The notes beneath the pieces were generated by a model. That model had not been told where the DNA came from. It made no database searches and was given only the letters and a program-made list of their open reading frames with translations. The position numbers were made by a program, and so were the translations under genes. From positions 26,508,008 through 26,572,007 of the forward strand of contig CM119264.1 in assembly GCA_051294375.1 (NCBI GenBank): 64,000 bases of DNA, written 5' to 3'. Shown here piece by piece: positions 28,412 to 39,409 of this stretch. The stretch is from Paraspadella gotoi. Taxonomy: Eukaryota; Animalia; Chaetognatha. Every line of letters starts with the position of its first letter. The stretch's first letter is position 1.

Positions 28412-29065
28412 CTAAGCCGGTGGCGTCTTGGCAGTTGCTCTGGCGGATTTAACCGCCCGTCCTAGTCGCAACGTTGTTACAACTTGAGCTAAGCCTCGGA
28501 ACTGCTGACATCACTCCTCGATATATTACCAAAAATTTTCTGTTCATCATCTAAAACGATCTCCGTGCTACCCGAATTCGCCTTAATACGGCTGGTGACA
28601 TGCGGCGCTTCACCAGTGGTTGCCGCTTTTGCGAGATATTCGCATTACCCTCAATCAGAATTTTTAACATCAGATGATATCATCTATGAATTCAGATTTA
28701 ACCAAGTTACAATGTCCATTTGCAGAATCGTTTTTTTGTGTAACTTCAGAGCAGTTTCCTTTTTCCCCCTTGACTCTTCTCCTATTCACGGATCCCCTCC
28801 AACCGGGCGTGGAGTGCTTCCCCCGGCGCGTGGTACACCGGATCCTCGGTCGCATGGATAGGCCCGAACCTAGAGACGCTGTTCCACAAGAATCATCGCA
28901 GGATTTCTGGTCGCCGTTACCATCGACGCCTGCGTCGCCAGTTTCTAAAAGTGGAGCCGCAGCGGCTTTGCCGGCGTCATCCCCGCGGCCGCCGCCAACC
29001 CGCGATCGCTTACTGGACTCAGGCGCCGGAGCCGTTGCCTCCAGCGCGCGTTTTGCCTCAGTCAT
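28412..29065 (-). CDS. Hypothetical protein with N-terminal bipartite NLS-like motif (frameshifted)
   Basis: It begins MTEAKRALEATAPAPESSKRSRVGGGRG (KR-x12-KRSR). Plausible coding continues in other frames (YLAKAATTGEAPHVTSRIKANSGSTEIVLDDEQKIFGNI; RGLAQVVTTLRLGRAVKSARATAKTPPA*). Confidence 0.4.
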
Positions 29066-29458
29066 GGCGTCATAGCGGATAGATGAAAACAGATGGATAC
29101 AGTTATTTTGCTATCTATTTTTTTAGATGAATGTACAAGGTCGAATCAAAGATTTCCAGTGAACACTTCATCTTCTCGATCAAGCGCGAAACCGCAACGG
29201 CTATTTCTCACGATGATTTTTTCTTTTTAGATAATATGCTCAAGTTAACAAGTGTTCGGTGGAGGGGTATAAGCTATGAAAAGCCTAATGCGAATACGGA
29301 AAAAAAGACTATCACATCTTCCTATCTAATCTGTAAAAAGAAGAGAGAACAAAAGGAAGAAAATGCAACTTGCGAATAATTTTAGACGAAAGGGATGTAT
29401 ATATTCAACATGGCACAGAGAGTAGCGCGTTCGTTTCTAAACAAAAGAATCTCTCTAA

Positions 29459-29948
29459 TCAAAAATTAAATCCGATCGCCAGACATTCGCGCAGCCGCCG
29501 CGAAGGAACCCCGCCGCGCCCATCTTCTTCATCGTCTTTTTCTTCGTCATCCGTGTGTCTCGTCCTGCTCGCGCTCCCGGTTTGTCCGCCAGCTGGGCGG
29601 CAGATGCAAGCCCGCTCAGCGGAAGCGATATCGCGTATAAGTTTCTTGAAGGCGAGGTCGGGAGTCATCCGGGAGGAAGCGTGAGAGAATTGAGTTTGGG
29701 GAGTTTGACCAAGCGGGAGGAGGCGCTGGTAGTCTTGAAGGAGAGTGGAGGAAGGAGGTTAGGATGGAGAAGAATTAGGACTTGTTTTACCAGATCACAA
29801 TATAAGGAGAAGTCGAAATAACTAGCTTACGTTAAAGATCGAGTTTACAAACCTACATAATTACTATCGATGAGATAATAGGGGATATAAGAGGATAGAG
29901 GTTCAAGCTTTCGTGTCCGTTGACGTTGAGCAGGATATGGTAAGGCAT
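29459..29948 (-). CDS. Hypothetical protein (frameshifted island ORF)
   Basis: Start context aataaATG. Segments MPYHILLNVNGHESLNLYPL / YFDFSLYCDLVKQVLILLHPNLLPPL / MTPDLAFKKLIRDIASAERACICRP...DDEEKDDEED can be joined by assuming indels. Confidence 0.33.
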
Positions 29949-30025
29949 TTATTGAATCAGAGAGTTTATAGATAATTTTTTACTTTTTTAATGTGATTAT
30001 TTTTTAATAACATATTTCATCGCCT

Positions 30026-30845
30026 TTACCTAAAGACGTGGATCGTCGCCTCGATCGTTCCGGGAAGGACTTGAGCGCCCCGCGTAGTCGGCCAAAATGC
30101 TCGACTCGCTCTGACGACGTCGAAGGCCGACGGTGCGCCGGTCGGACCATCAGCGCGTCGGACGTGAGAAGGAGACGGCGAGCATCGACGAGTTAGGATT
30201 TGAGAGAGAGCGAGGAGGAAGAGGGGAGGAGAGGACAGACGAGGGGAGCCTAGGATGTATGGAGGGAGGAAGAGGGGAGGAAAGAAGGAAGGGAGGAGAG
30301 GGAGGGACAAGAGGAAGGGAGAAGAGGGCAGGGACCACACGAGGGAAGGGAGGGAGGGGAGGGACAAGAGCGGAAGGGAGGAGAGGGAAGGGAGGAAGAG
30401 GGGGAGGACAAAAGAGGGAAGAGGGGAAGAGGGGAAGGAGAAGAGGGAACGCGGAGGAAGAGGGAAGGGAGGAAGGGGGAGGACAAAGCAGGGAAGGTGA
30501 GGAAGAGGGAGGAAAAGAGGACAGGGAGGAAGAGGAGGACAAAGAGGGAAAGGAGAAGAGGGAGGGACAAAGAGGAAGAGAAGGAAAGAGGGGAGGACAA
30601 AGAGGGGAAGGGAGGAAGAGGGTAGGAGGAAGAGGGGAGACAATAGAGGGAAGGGAGGAAGATGAGGGAGGACAAAGAGGGAAGGAGGAAGAGGGGAGGA
30701 TCAAGAGGGAGGGAGGAGAGGGGGGGGATAAAGAGGGAAAAGGAGGAAGAGGGGGCGGGACAAAGAGGGAGAAGGGAGGAAGAGGGGGAGGACAAGAGGA
30801 GCGAAGGCGAGGAGAGGGGTTATTATTCGCTGATGTCTGAGTCAT
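30026..30845 (-). CDS. Proline-rich repeat protein, unit about FVPPPLPPFPL (frameshifted)
   Basis: A unique N-terminus (MTQTSANNNPSPRLRSSCPPPLPP) is followed by a roughly 33-nt GA-rich repeat that reads FVPPPLPPF in shifting frames, then a unique C-terminus (...AFWPTTRGAQVLPGTIEATIHVFR*). Confidence 0.35.
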
Positions 30846-31002
30846 AGTAATATACACGCGGTTAGAACATTAAATGAGGGAAGTACTTAAGACGTCAGGG
30901 TGACTGTGTAGAAAATTTGATCCATATATAGATATTATCCTTGTGAAAAAATAAAATATATAACATCATCGAGCGTTTGAGATCGGCCTCCACGAAAACC
31001 GC

Positions 31003-31750
31003 TCACCTGTCCTGCCTGAACGGTTCATCTCTATTTTTATACTGGTTATGTATCTCGCTTTGTCGTTCGTTCTTCCGTTTCACATCAGCATCGACGAGAA
31101 TCTTTTTTTTCTTCGCGTGAAAACTCACGCTCGATTGTCTTCTCATCACACGTGAAGAAACAGATTTCCGTCTCGCCTCTCGCATACCATCCAGCCTCGT
31201 CTCTGTCTCTATCGTTTTTCCCCAGCTACCCTGATCCAACAGAGAATCCTTCGCATCGAGTCTTCTCGCCAACGTCTCTCTGTCGACGTTGACTTTGCCG
31301 ATATTCGAAGTTAGCAGCCCGAAGGACGATTCTAGAGTCGCTCCGTCTCGGCGGACGTCCGCCCCGAGAACGTCTTTGTATTCGCCAGGATTTTATTTCA
31401 CACATTTTTGGGCCGCGCCTTCGACTCCGGGTGGCGGCGGAGTGCGTATCTGCTGGCTACGAGACAGCGACTGGGGCGAGATAGTCTTGAGAACTTGCAG
31501 TCTATTTGAGGGGCGCTCGGAGTCGAGGGATCGAAGGTGAGGATCTGGCCGCAGCGACGCACCCTGGAAGGATCGTCCGACGAAAAATTATAGTCATTTT
31601 CGGGAAAACCTACAATCTGATATGCTACGAGTGCCACGTTCAGATCTCAACTTTCGCGAACGAAGTACCATCAGATAGAACACCGTGTGAGAGTAAGTCT
31701 GACCGACGAGATTCCTCCTTCACACCAATATTAAAGAACCCACGACGTCA
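31003..31750 (-). CDS. Hypothetical protein (frameshifted island ORF)
   Basis: Consecutive open segments: GFFNIGVKEESRRSDLLSHGVLSDG / VALVAYQIVGFPENDYNFSSDDP / NPGEYKDVLGADVRRDGATLESSFGLLTSNIGKVNVDRETLARRLDAK...FRQDR*. The start is not defined. Confidence 0.33.
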
Positions 31751-31829
31751 CTGATATTCCTGACACGGACTAGTAGAACGACGTTACACAAGGAGCAGAT
31801 GAACGCCCCTAATGCTTCTAGTTGGAAAC

Positions 31830-32050
31830 TTACCCCTTTTAGCGTAAATTATGTTTATTAAAGCAAATTGGCACTTGTAGCGGTAATATTATGTCTATAG
31901 CAATTGCCAACCTTGTAGCGGTAAATATGTTTTTAGCATAATTGACAACCTTGGTAGTCGGTAAACTTTGTATTTTACTTAGAAGTTGTTCACCCTTGTA
32001 GCTCGTAAATTATGTTTAACTTGCATTGCCACTTGGTAGCAGTAAATTCA
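31830..32050. repeat. Degenerate tandem array of about 40 bp, about 6 copies
   Basis: The core cttgtagcggtaaattatgt...aattgccaac recurs. Confidence 0.8.
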
Positions 32051-32459
32051 AAAGGCCTTGACCGATTTGAACTTCTAGATGTGCTGGGCGGGAAAACAGC
32101 ACCATCTCCGATCGTCACGGTCAATTCCACATCCTTTCAAAACTTTTACGTGTACTTTGTACAATAACGTTGGCGAAAACACTGAGACGCTACATTACTT
32201 GATTTGCGTCAGTGACTCACACCCATACGAAATTCGGGTGATAAACTCAGGCTCTGTGCAGATCAGTTTTAAATTATGAGCGAGCACATCAGTATTATCA
32301 GCTTTAATACACTCTGCCATTTTCAATAACGTATTTTAAATGAAATCTATGGTAAACGCAATATAAAAATTATCCTTTTCCAATTTCATAATAAGCTTTG
32401 TTCCCCGATTTGGACAGGCTTTGGTAGGTTTAGGCACACCATGACATGGCAAAGCTCAT

Positions 32460-32945
32460 TGATTTCTTCTCCTGAACTTCTTCTCTTCTTTATTCCCGCG
32501 TATGGTGATCCGCCTTCTTTTCCTTTCCCGGTCCATCTGACTCTCTCCTCTTATATAGAGCTTATTTCCTTATATTAGCTAGTATAGATCCTTATCGTCT
32601 AATTCCAATGTTCATCAGACTAATTATATCTTTTTATTTTCTTTAACCTCGATCTTTCATAATTCTCTCTCTCATTCTTCTTCTTTCTCCTCTTCTTCTC
32701 TCTTCCTCATTATCTCACTACTTTCTCCCTCTTCTCCATGCTCTCCTCATTCCAGTCCTCTGTCATGTCTTTCTGTCCCTCTCTTCTCAATCATTCTTTC
32801 CTTTACTCTTTCCTACCTCCATCTAGAGTCCTTCTTAAATAAATCAGCCTGCGGGGGTTTTCACCCACTCTTCTGCGTCGACGCGATCCTTTAATCCCTC
32901 TCTTCTCTCCTCGTTTCTCCTCCTCTCCTCTCTCTGTCTCCTCTC
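32460..32945 (+). repeat. Noisy direct duplicate of about 27665-28076
   Basis: Same anchors in the same order (ctagtatagatccttatc; caatgttcat; gggggtttcacccact; cctttaatccctctc), with insertion-type errors. Confidence 0.88.
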
Positions 32946-33285
32946 TCATCTCATTTGCTCTCTCTCTCTCTCTCTCTCGTCTCCCTCTCTCTCTCTCTCT
33001 CATCTCTCGTCTTCTCTCTCTCTCTATGTTTTCCCTCTCTCTCCTCGCGAGAAACTACTGCCACTTTTCCGGGAGCACAAATGAAAAGGAAAAGGAAAAA
33101 AAGAAAAAAAAACCAAGGGGAAGGAACCAACAGAAAAAAAAAAAAGAAATTAAAAAAGGAAACTACTATAGCAATCTCAGAGACAGCAAATAGAAAGAAA
33201 AGAACCTTTAAATAAAATTTCAACATGAGAAAGAGAAGAAGAGAAGAGAGAGAGAGAGAGACGAAGAGCAGAAGAAAAAGAGAAA

Positions 33286-33334
<49 letters not shown>

Positions 33335-33574
33335 AAGAGAAAGAGAAAGAGAAAGCAAATCAATAAAAAAATAATAATTTAATATCGGATTCCAAAAGGT
33401 GCCAAGACGCTACATCAAACATGAGCCTAACAAAACAAAGCAAACTAGTAGACTAAAGAAAAAGTAATCAAAAGAATAGTATTAAATTAGTCGACAAAAT
33501 TAGACAGAAATAAACAAAAGTAGCCAAAAGACAAAGACACTCGGGTTTAACGAGTTGGTTATGATGACGTCACC

Positions 33575-33605
<31 letters not shown>

Positions 33606-34587
33606 TCCTTTTAAAAACTTTTATTGTGTTTTGATTGAGACTCCGAATCCGCGGGGAATCAATTAAAACGAAAAAGGAAGAAATTCTCAGTCTTCGACAT
33701 TTTCGATCGTTAATTAAACTTTCTGTCAAGTCCGATCTCACGGCTCGAGAGACACCCTTAACCCCCCCCCTAACAAGGCCTAACCCCCCCCCACCTTATT
33801 TCGTCTTTGGGATAAACGGTTCGCGTGTGGAATTCGGGGTCGAAAAACAAAAAAAAAAGGGAATGAATAAATAAATTAAATGTAGTTTAGGCGATTCATT
33901 CCCTTTTGTAGTCGGTTGTGGTTTTTGTTTTTGTTTTTTTTTCTTTCTTTCTTTTTTTACGCTTCGAAGAGAGAAAATGAAAATTGGGTTCGTCTTTCTG
34001 ATTTTTATGAGGTCGACTCGCTCGGCCTTATTTGGGCTCGTTTGAGCTTTGATTGGCGAGAGGCGGTAGTTTGATTGGCATTGATTAGTGCGTTGTTCAG
34101 TTAAGGAACTTGAATCGTTTGGCTGGATTGTTGAAAAAAATTTTAGTTTGATTTAACTTTTAAGCAAACGGTATTGATTGCTTAAATCCAGAATTTCCAA
34201 GATCTTTGTTGTGTTGCCAGAAAAGGTTCCTCGTCGAACCGAATTATCGCGATGGTTACTGAACACTTACCAATTGCTTCTGCATCGTTCCTTACCTTTA
34301 AACGGTGCTGATTTCGGCGATAGTCACTGATCGGCATGAAAAGGTTTGTCGGTTAATTCGCGAGGCAAAGATTCAGGTACTGATTGTCGACGGCAGTGGC
34401 TGATTGGTCCGAATCCTTTTCAACGACGACGCTGATTGGCTCGATAGTCGCCAATTTCTCGTTCAGTTAAAAAAAAACGTTTATTGAATTTCTTTTTATT
34501 TCCTTGAGGCCACAATAATTATTCATTCTCGTTCCAGACGTGACGAGGGCGAGTCTCAGCCAAGCCACCTGCTCAATTTACATTTCC

Positions 34588-34875
34588 TACCTCGACTCTC
34601 TTCGACTCTGCTCGACTCTCCTCGACTCTGCTCGACTCTCCTTGACTCTCCTTTACTCTCCTCGACTCTCCTCGACTCTGCTCGACTCTGCTCGACTCTC
34701 CTCGACTCTCCTGGACTCTCATCGACTCTACTCGACTCTCCTCGACTCTCCCCAACTCTCCTCGACTCTACTCGACTCTCCTTTACTCTCCTCGACTCTC
34801 TTCTACTCTCCTCGACTCTCCTCGTCTCTCCCCGACTCTCCTCGACTCTCCTCGACTCTCTTCGACTCTACTCGT
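34588..34875. repeat. 10-bp minisatellite (CTCGACTCTC)n, about 28 copies
   Basis: Directly visible, with variants ctcgactctg, ctcgactcta and ctttactctc. Confidence 0.95.
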
Positions 34876-35200
34876 TTGCATTTTTTTGTTACGCGAATCT
34901 TCTAATTTTACATCGCGGCCTAATTGTTATATTTTATTTTCAAACACGATTTTATAATTTAATTTAAAATTGTCTTTTGTTTGTCAAAAAAGCTCAAGGG
35001 AGTCCGGTCGATCTTTTTCGGTTTGAGAGTGGAGCAAAGATGACGTCATCGCGACGTTAACGATTCACCTCTCAAATTTCGTTGACGGAATGACTTGACC
35101 GTTGGAAGGAAGAAGAAAAATAGACGTCATTCAATTGTGAGGGTTATTGTCAAATCCAGTCAGTTTACAACCAAAATTATATCTTTAATATCTTTAATCA

Positions 35201-35316
<116 letters not shown>

Positions 35317-35580
35317 GTACAACTCGTAATGGTAACAGGCTACGATTTTTCGATTGGTCACTTTCCCATTTTCTCCTCTTCCCTTTACTTCCTCCAACTC
35401 GATCATTAACTCTAAAAAAGGAAAAATCCACTTCTTTTTTCTCCCTTTTCCTTTCTTTTCTTTTACTTTTTCTTTATTCTTACTTACCTCCACTCTTTCC
35501 CACTGCGTTCCTTACTCGATCCCGACGTCGGCTGACAAATGCGTCGAGGAAGAAAAGTTTTTCTCCGCCAATAATTACCT

Positions 35581-35612
<32 letters not shown>

Positions 35613-35913
35613 CACCGGCGACCTCAGGAAACGCGGCTTTCAATCACGCCATTGCAGAATGGCTGTTTCCAAGTGAACTTATTTCTTTTCTTCGCTTTTA
35701 ATCTTTTCGACATTTGAATTCAGCCTTTTCTCCTTACTTTTCCTTACTTTCCTTTTTCTATTTTATTATTTCGTCCTTCCTTCCTTTCTCGCTTACTTCA
35801 ATCTTTCCTTTTCTTTTTTTCTCTTTCCATGACTGACTCACGTTTTATGACACGGGTCCTTGAGGCGAAGCAGTAAATCCTCAAACACTCGAACATTGAA
35901 AACCTTGGCGTCT

Positions 35914-36018
<105 letters not shown>

Positions 36019-36141
36019 ATTCTTTCCCTTTTTCGCGCTAATCGGAATACCTCAATCTGACGCTTGACCAACAAAATCTGTCAGATTCGTTGATGACCGA
36101 TCGCTCTCTTTTTCTTCGCTCTCTCTCTCTCTCTCTCCTCT

Positions 36142-36183
<42 letters not shown>

Positions 36184-36744
36184 TCTCTCTTCTCTCTCTT
36201 CTCTCTCATAAAAACTGTCGAAATTATCGAAATTATCGAATCGAGACTCGTTCTCGCGGAATAATTGTTCCGAGGCCGATTTTTTGTTGAGGGGGGGTGG
36301 AGGGGGGGGGTGGAGGGGGAGGTGACGCGGAAGAATGAGACGAATGAAATTTGAAATTCGATTCGATCGCAAAAAAATTTCTCATTTCATATTTATTGTT
36401 TTCAGAAAGAGCCGATAGGTTCGAGGTTTCCAATTTGTCCATGACATGTCGAAGTGACTGAGGTAATTCTGATATCTTTCCTTTAGTCTTTAATTAATTT
36501 CAATTTGTATTCATTTCCCTTTTAATTAGGTTCTTTTCCTTGTTTAGATTCCACCAATGATTCTTTACCTCGAAAAATCAACTGCGACCAACTAACGAAG
36601 CTTTAAACAAACTTTCTACTTTATTCTTTTAGTAATCTTTCTGTTTTTTTTTTTCCAAATCTTTTGAAATGAAAACGTAAAAGAAACAATAAAATTATAT
36701 TAAAAAAAAAACAAGACAAAACAAAAGATTTAGAAAAACGAAGG

Positions 36745-37480
36745 ATGTTTCGTCGTCACGGAATCGTTTTCTTCGTTTTGGTCAGCCTCGCGACGGGTCG
36801 GCACCGCGGGCCTGCGGGGCTGTCCGTGTCGGGTCGGCACCGCGGGCCAGCGGGGCTGTCCGTGCCGGCTCGGGCCAACGAAAAGTCGGATCGAGTGGAC
36901 GATACCGAAAAGGAAAAGGAACTTGAAGAGAAAGGAAAAGAAATCAAGAAAAAGATGAACGAGTCAATTTCGTCTTCCGAGTTTAAATCTGCTTCGGTGT
37001 CTTCGTTATCGCTGGGATCGTTCTCGCTGGGATCGTTCTCGCTGGGATCGTTGTCGCTGGGATCGTTCTCGCTGGGAACGCTGGGAATGGATGAGATCGC
37101 TTGCAAGAAAGGCTCAGATTGCGCTAATGTGAAAGTAGCCGATGAGAAAGCCGACGGATGCTGCCTTTATACAATGGCGGATAGTGAGTCAATTCAAGGA
37201 TATTTTGGGTTGTTTTTTTTTATTAGTATTATATATTTTCCTTGTCGATCCAATAGACAGGAAAGGCGGCGTGTGCCTCCCGTGGTGCACTGGCAAAAAG
37301 TCCGCTTGCCGACCGGGAAAATACTTGAGAGAAGCTCATTGCGACCGGCTGCTGGGCCAGGGCGGCGGCGGCGGCAGCGGCAGCAGTGGATCGGCGAGAT
37401 TAAAGGCGTTCTTCGGAGCGGCGCTCACGGCGATTACGACTATCTGGCGGGAATTCCTCTTTGATTCTACCTTTAGTTAA
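36745..37480 (+). CDS. Secreted 8-cysteine, probably GPI-anchored protein, paralog A; exons 36745-37183 and 37257-37480 (or 37464)
   Basis: Signal-like N-terminus, charged EK-rich segment, SLGSF repeats, Cys domain CKKGSDC...GCCLYTMAD|NRKGGVCLPWCTGKKSAC...HC, G/S linker and hydrophobic tail. Phase-1 intron with donor GTGAGT at 37184 and acceptor AG at 37255-37256. It aligns along its length with the neighbouring paralog. Confidence 0.85.
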
Positions 37481-38014
37481 TTGAGTGTTGAAAAAGCTTG
37501 AACTTTAAAAACGTTTAAATTTAAGAAATAAATAAACAAAACCAGCAATACAATTTAAATTATAGAAACATCTCACGATTTCCGTGGTAATCTGACTACC
37601 AAAATTCTCACGCTGATTAAAAAAAAAATCCATCTAAAAATAGTTGATTATTAATTATTCTTTTTTTAGCCGTCCTCAGTGGTAAATAAAATACTCCGGT
37701 TTAAAAGAGAAGATCGAGTGATCCGGAAAAAAAACGGCAGTCAAATTCGAAAAATATTAAAATGGCGAAAATGTTTCATCGAAGGAATAAATTTTTGGGT
37801 CTTCCTTTAGGGATTTACCGTACAACGCGTATAAAAATATATTTATAAAAACTACTACTTCTCACATCATAGCAGTCCCCATACAATATTATATTCTGTT
37901 TAATTTAATTTCCTAATTTCGAAAACAAACGAGCGAGAAAACCTTTTAATTCCACAAACTACCAATCTTTTTAATTCGTACCCGACACTTTATTTAAATT
38001 TCAAAATATTAAAC

Positions 38015-38715
38015 ATGCGTCTGCCCGGAATCATTCTCTTCATCTTGGTCAGCGTCGCGACAGGACGCGACCGGGTCCGAACCCAAGAGCAAGCGGATGA
38101 CGTCGACGACGCCGAAAAGGAAATTGAGGAGAAACAAAAAGAAATGGAAGAGAAGATGAAAGAATCTTCCTCGATGTCTATGAGTATGGAAAACCCTCTT
38201 CACATGATCGAGTGCAAAAGTGGGGCAGATTGCAAGAGCGCAAAAATAAACGACATATCGACAGACGGTTGCTGCCTCTTCACCTTGACGAACGGTTGGT
38301 CCATTTTTGCGATTTGATTTAGAATTTAATGTGTTTTTTTTTGTTTTTTTAAAAGATATAATTGATATATTTGTTATTTTCATTAGAATTTCATTCTTAT
38401 CTTATTCCGTCCTCCACGATCCCCTGTACTCAAGGCGTGAAAGGGGGGGCTTGCCTCATTATGTGCAAAGAAAGTGAAGCGTGCAAACCGAACGAAGATC
38501 TGAAGGTAAAGGAGGGGCATTGCCTAGGGCTGAACGAGGGCGGATCGTCGTCGGGAAGCGGCAGCGACAACAGCAGCAAAAACGCAAGTAGTAGCAGCGG
38601 CAGTGAAAGCGGCAGTGGATCCGGAGCGGCGCAGTTGAAGGCGTTTTCGGGGGGAGTTTTGGCGGGCGTCGCAGGGGTGATCTTTTTGGCGGGAAAGCAG
38701 AGCGCCCTCCTCTAA
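38015..38715 (+). CDS. Secreted 8-cysteine, probably GPI-anchored protein, paralog B; exons 38015-38294 and 38435-38715
   Basis: Signal MRLPGIILFILVSVATG, EK-rich segment, Cys domain CKSGADC...GCCLFTLTN|GVKGGACLIMCKESEAC...HC, Ser/Gly linker, and tail SGAAQLKAFSGGVLAGVAGVIFLAGKQSALL. The phase-1 intron (GT at 38295, AG at 38433-38434) is at the same position as in paralog A. Confidence 0.87.
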
Positions 38716-39370
38716 AGAAATCGCGTAGATTAGAGTCTTTAATTTGCGACTAAATCAAATGCTGGAGTTTTATAGTTAAGAAATTAATTGAGAATAATCA
38801 GTGTTTACTTGTCATTTCTTTTTAGACTAAAATACTATTAGCTTTTTTTAGTTTAAAATAATAGCCAATTTTAAGAAATTCTCAAATTATTTTTTTAACT
38901 TTTTTTTTTTGATTGAGACTATCATTAAGTTTAAGATCAAGAAATAAAAAGAAGTAACGTGAATTTTCATTCTTTAACGTCAGATAGGAAATGGATTTGC
39001 CAGTCGTTAGCCGGTACATACTAAACTTTCTAACTAAAATTAAGGCGTTTGTTTCACGAAACCGCAACTACTAATCCTATTTAAATATGTACAACTACTC
39101 ATTACGATTCTATTGCATTTCCTTCCACTAAATTTAAAATGCGAGGCATTCAACTCTGAAGACTGAACGTATTTCCTTCTTCCGTCTGTTGGGAAAAGAA
39201 GAAATAAAGAATCGCGCTCAACAAGATAAATGCGAGGGAAACGGTTTTGTGAAATCCCATTCTTTATAAGACATAAAATCTGCATCTGGCCTCACCTGCC
39301 TAGTTCAGAATGACGGCGCCGTGGGGAAGCGGAGATGGAACTCTCTCTCTCTCTCTCTCTCGTCTCCTCT

Positions 39371-39409
<39 letters not shown>

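Larger units (their letters stand above)
28102..32460 (-). mobile_element. Gene-dense island lacking host-type microsatellites; possible endogenous virus or Polinton-like fragment, or foreign sequence
   Basis: About five co-oriented minus-strand ORFs with short AT-rich spacers, no obvious introns and a 40-bp tandem array. It is bounded by a 25-N gap and a duplicated host segment. No hallmark gene was recognised. Confidence 0.35.

Noticed and set aside
29600-29668. LAFKKLIRDIA resembles histone H3 LPFQRLVREIA
   Set aside because: The similarity is limited to one short helix, and the flanking histone-fold residues are absent.
31830-32050. Regularly spaced repeats here and at 47351-47447 and 58872-59127 as CRISPR-like arrays
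   Set aside because: The units are contiguous tandem copies without unique spacers, there are no cas genes, and the context is eukaryotic.
34540-34905. LSSTLLDSPR repeat ORF
   Set aside because: It is the translation of a 10-bp minisatellite.
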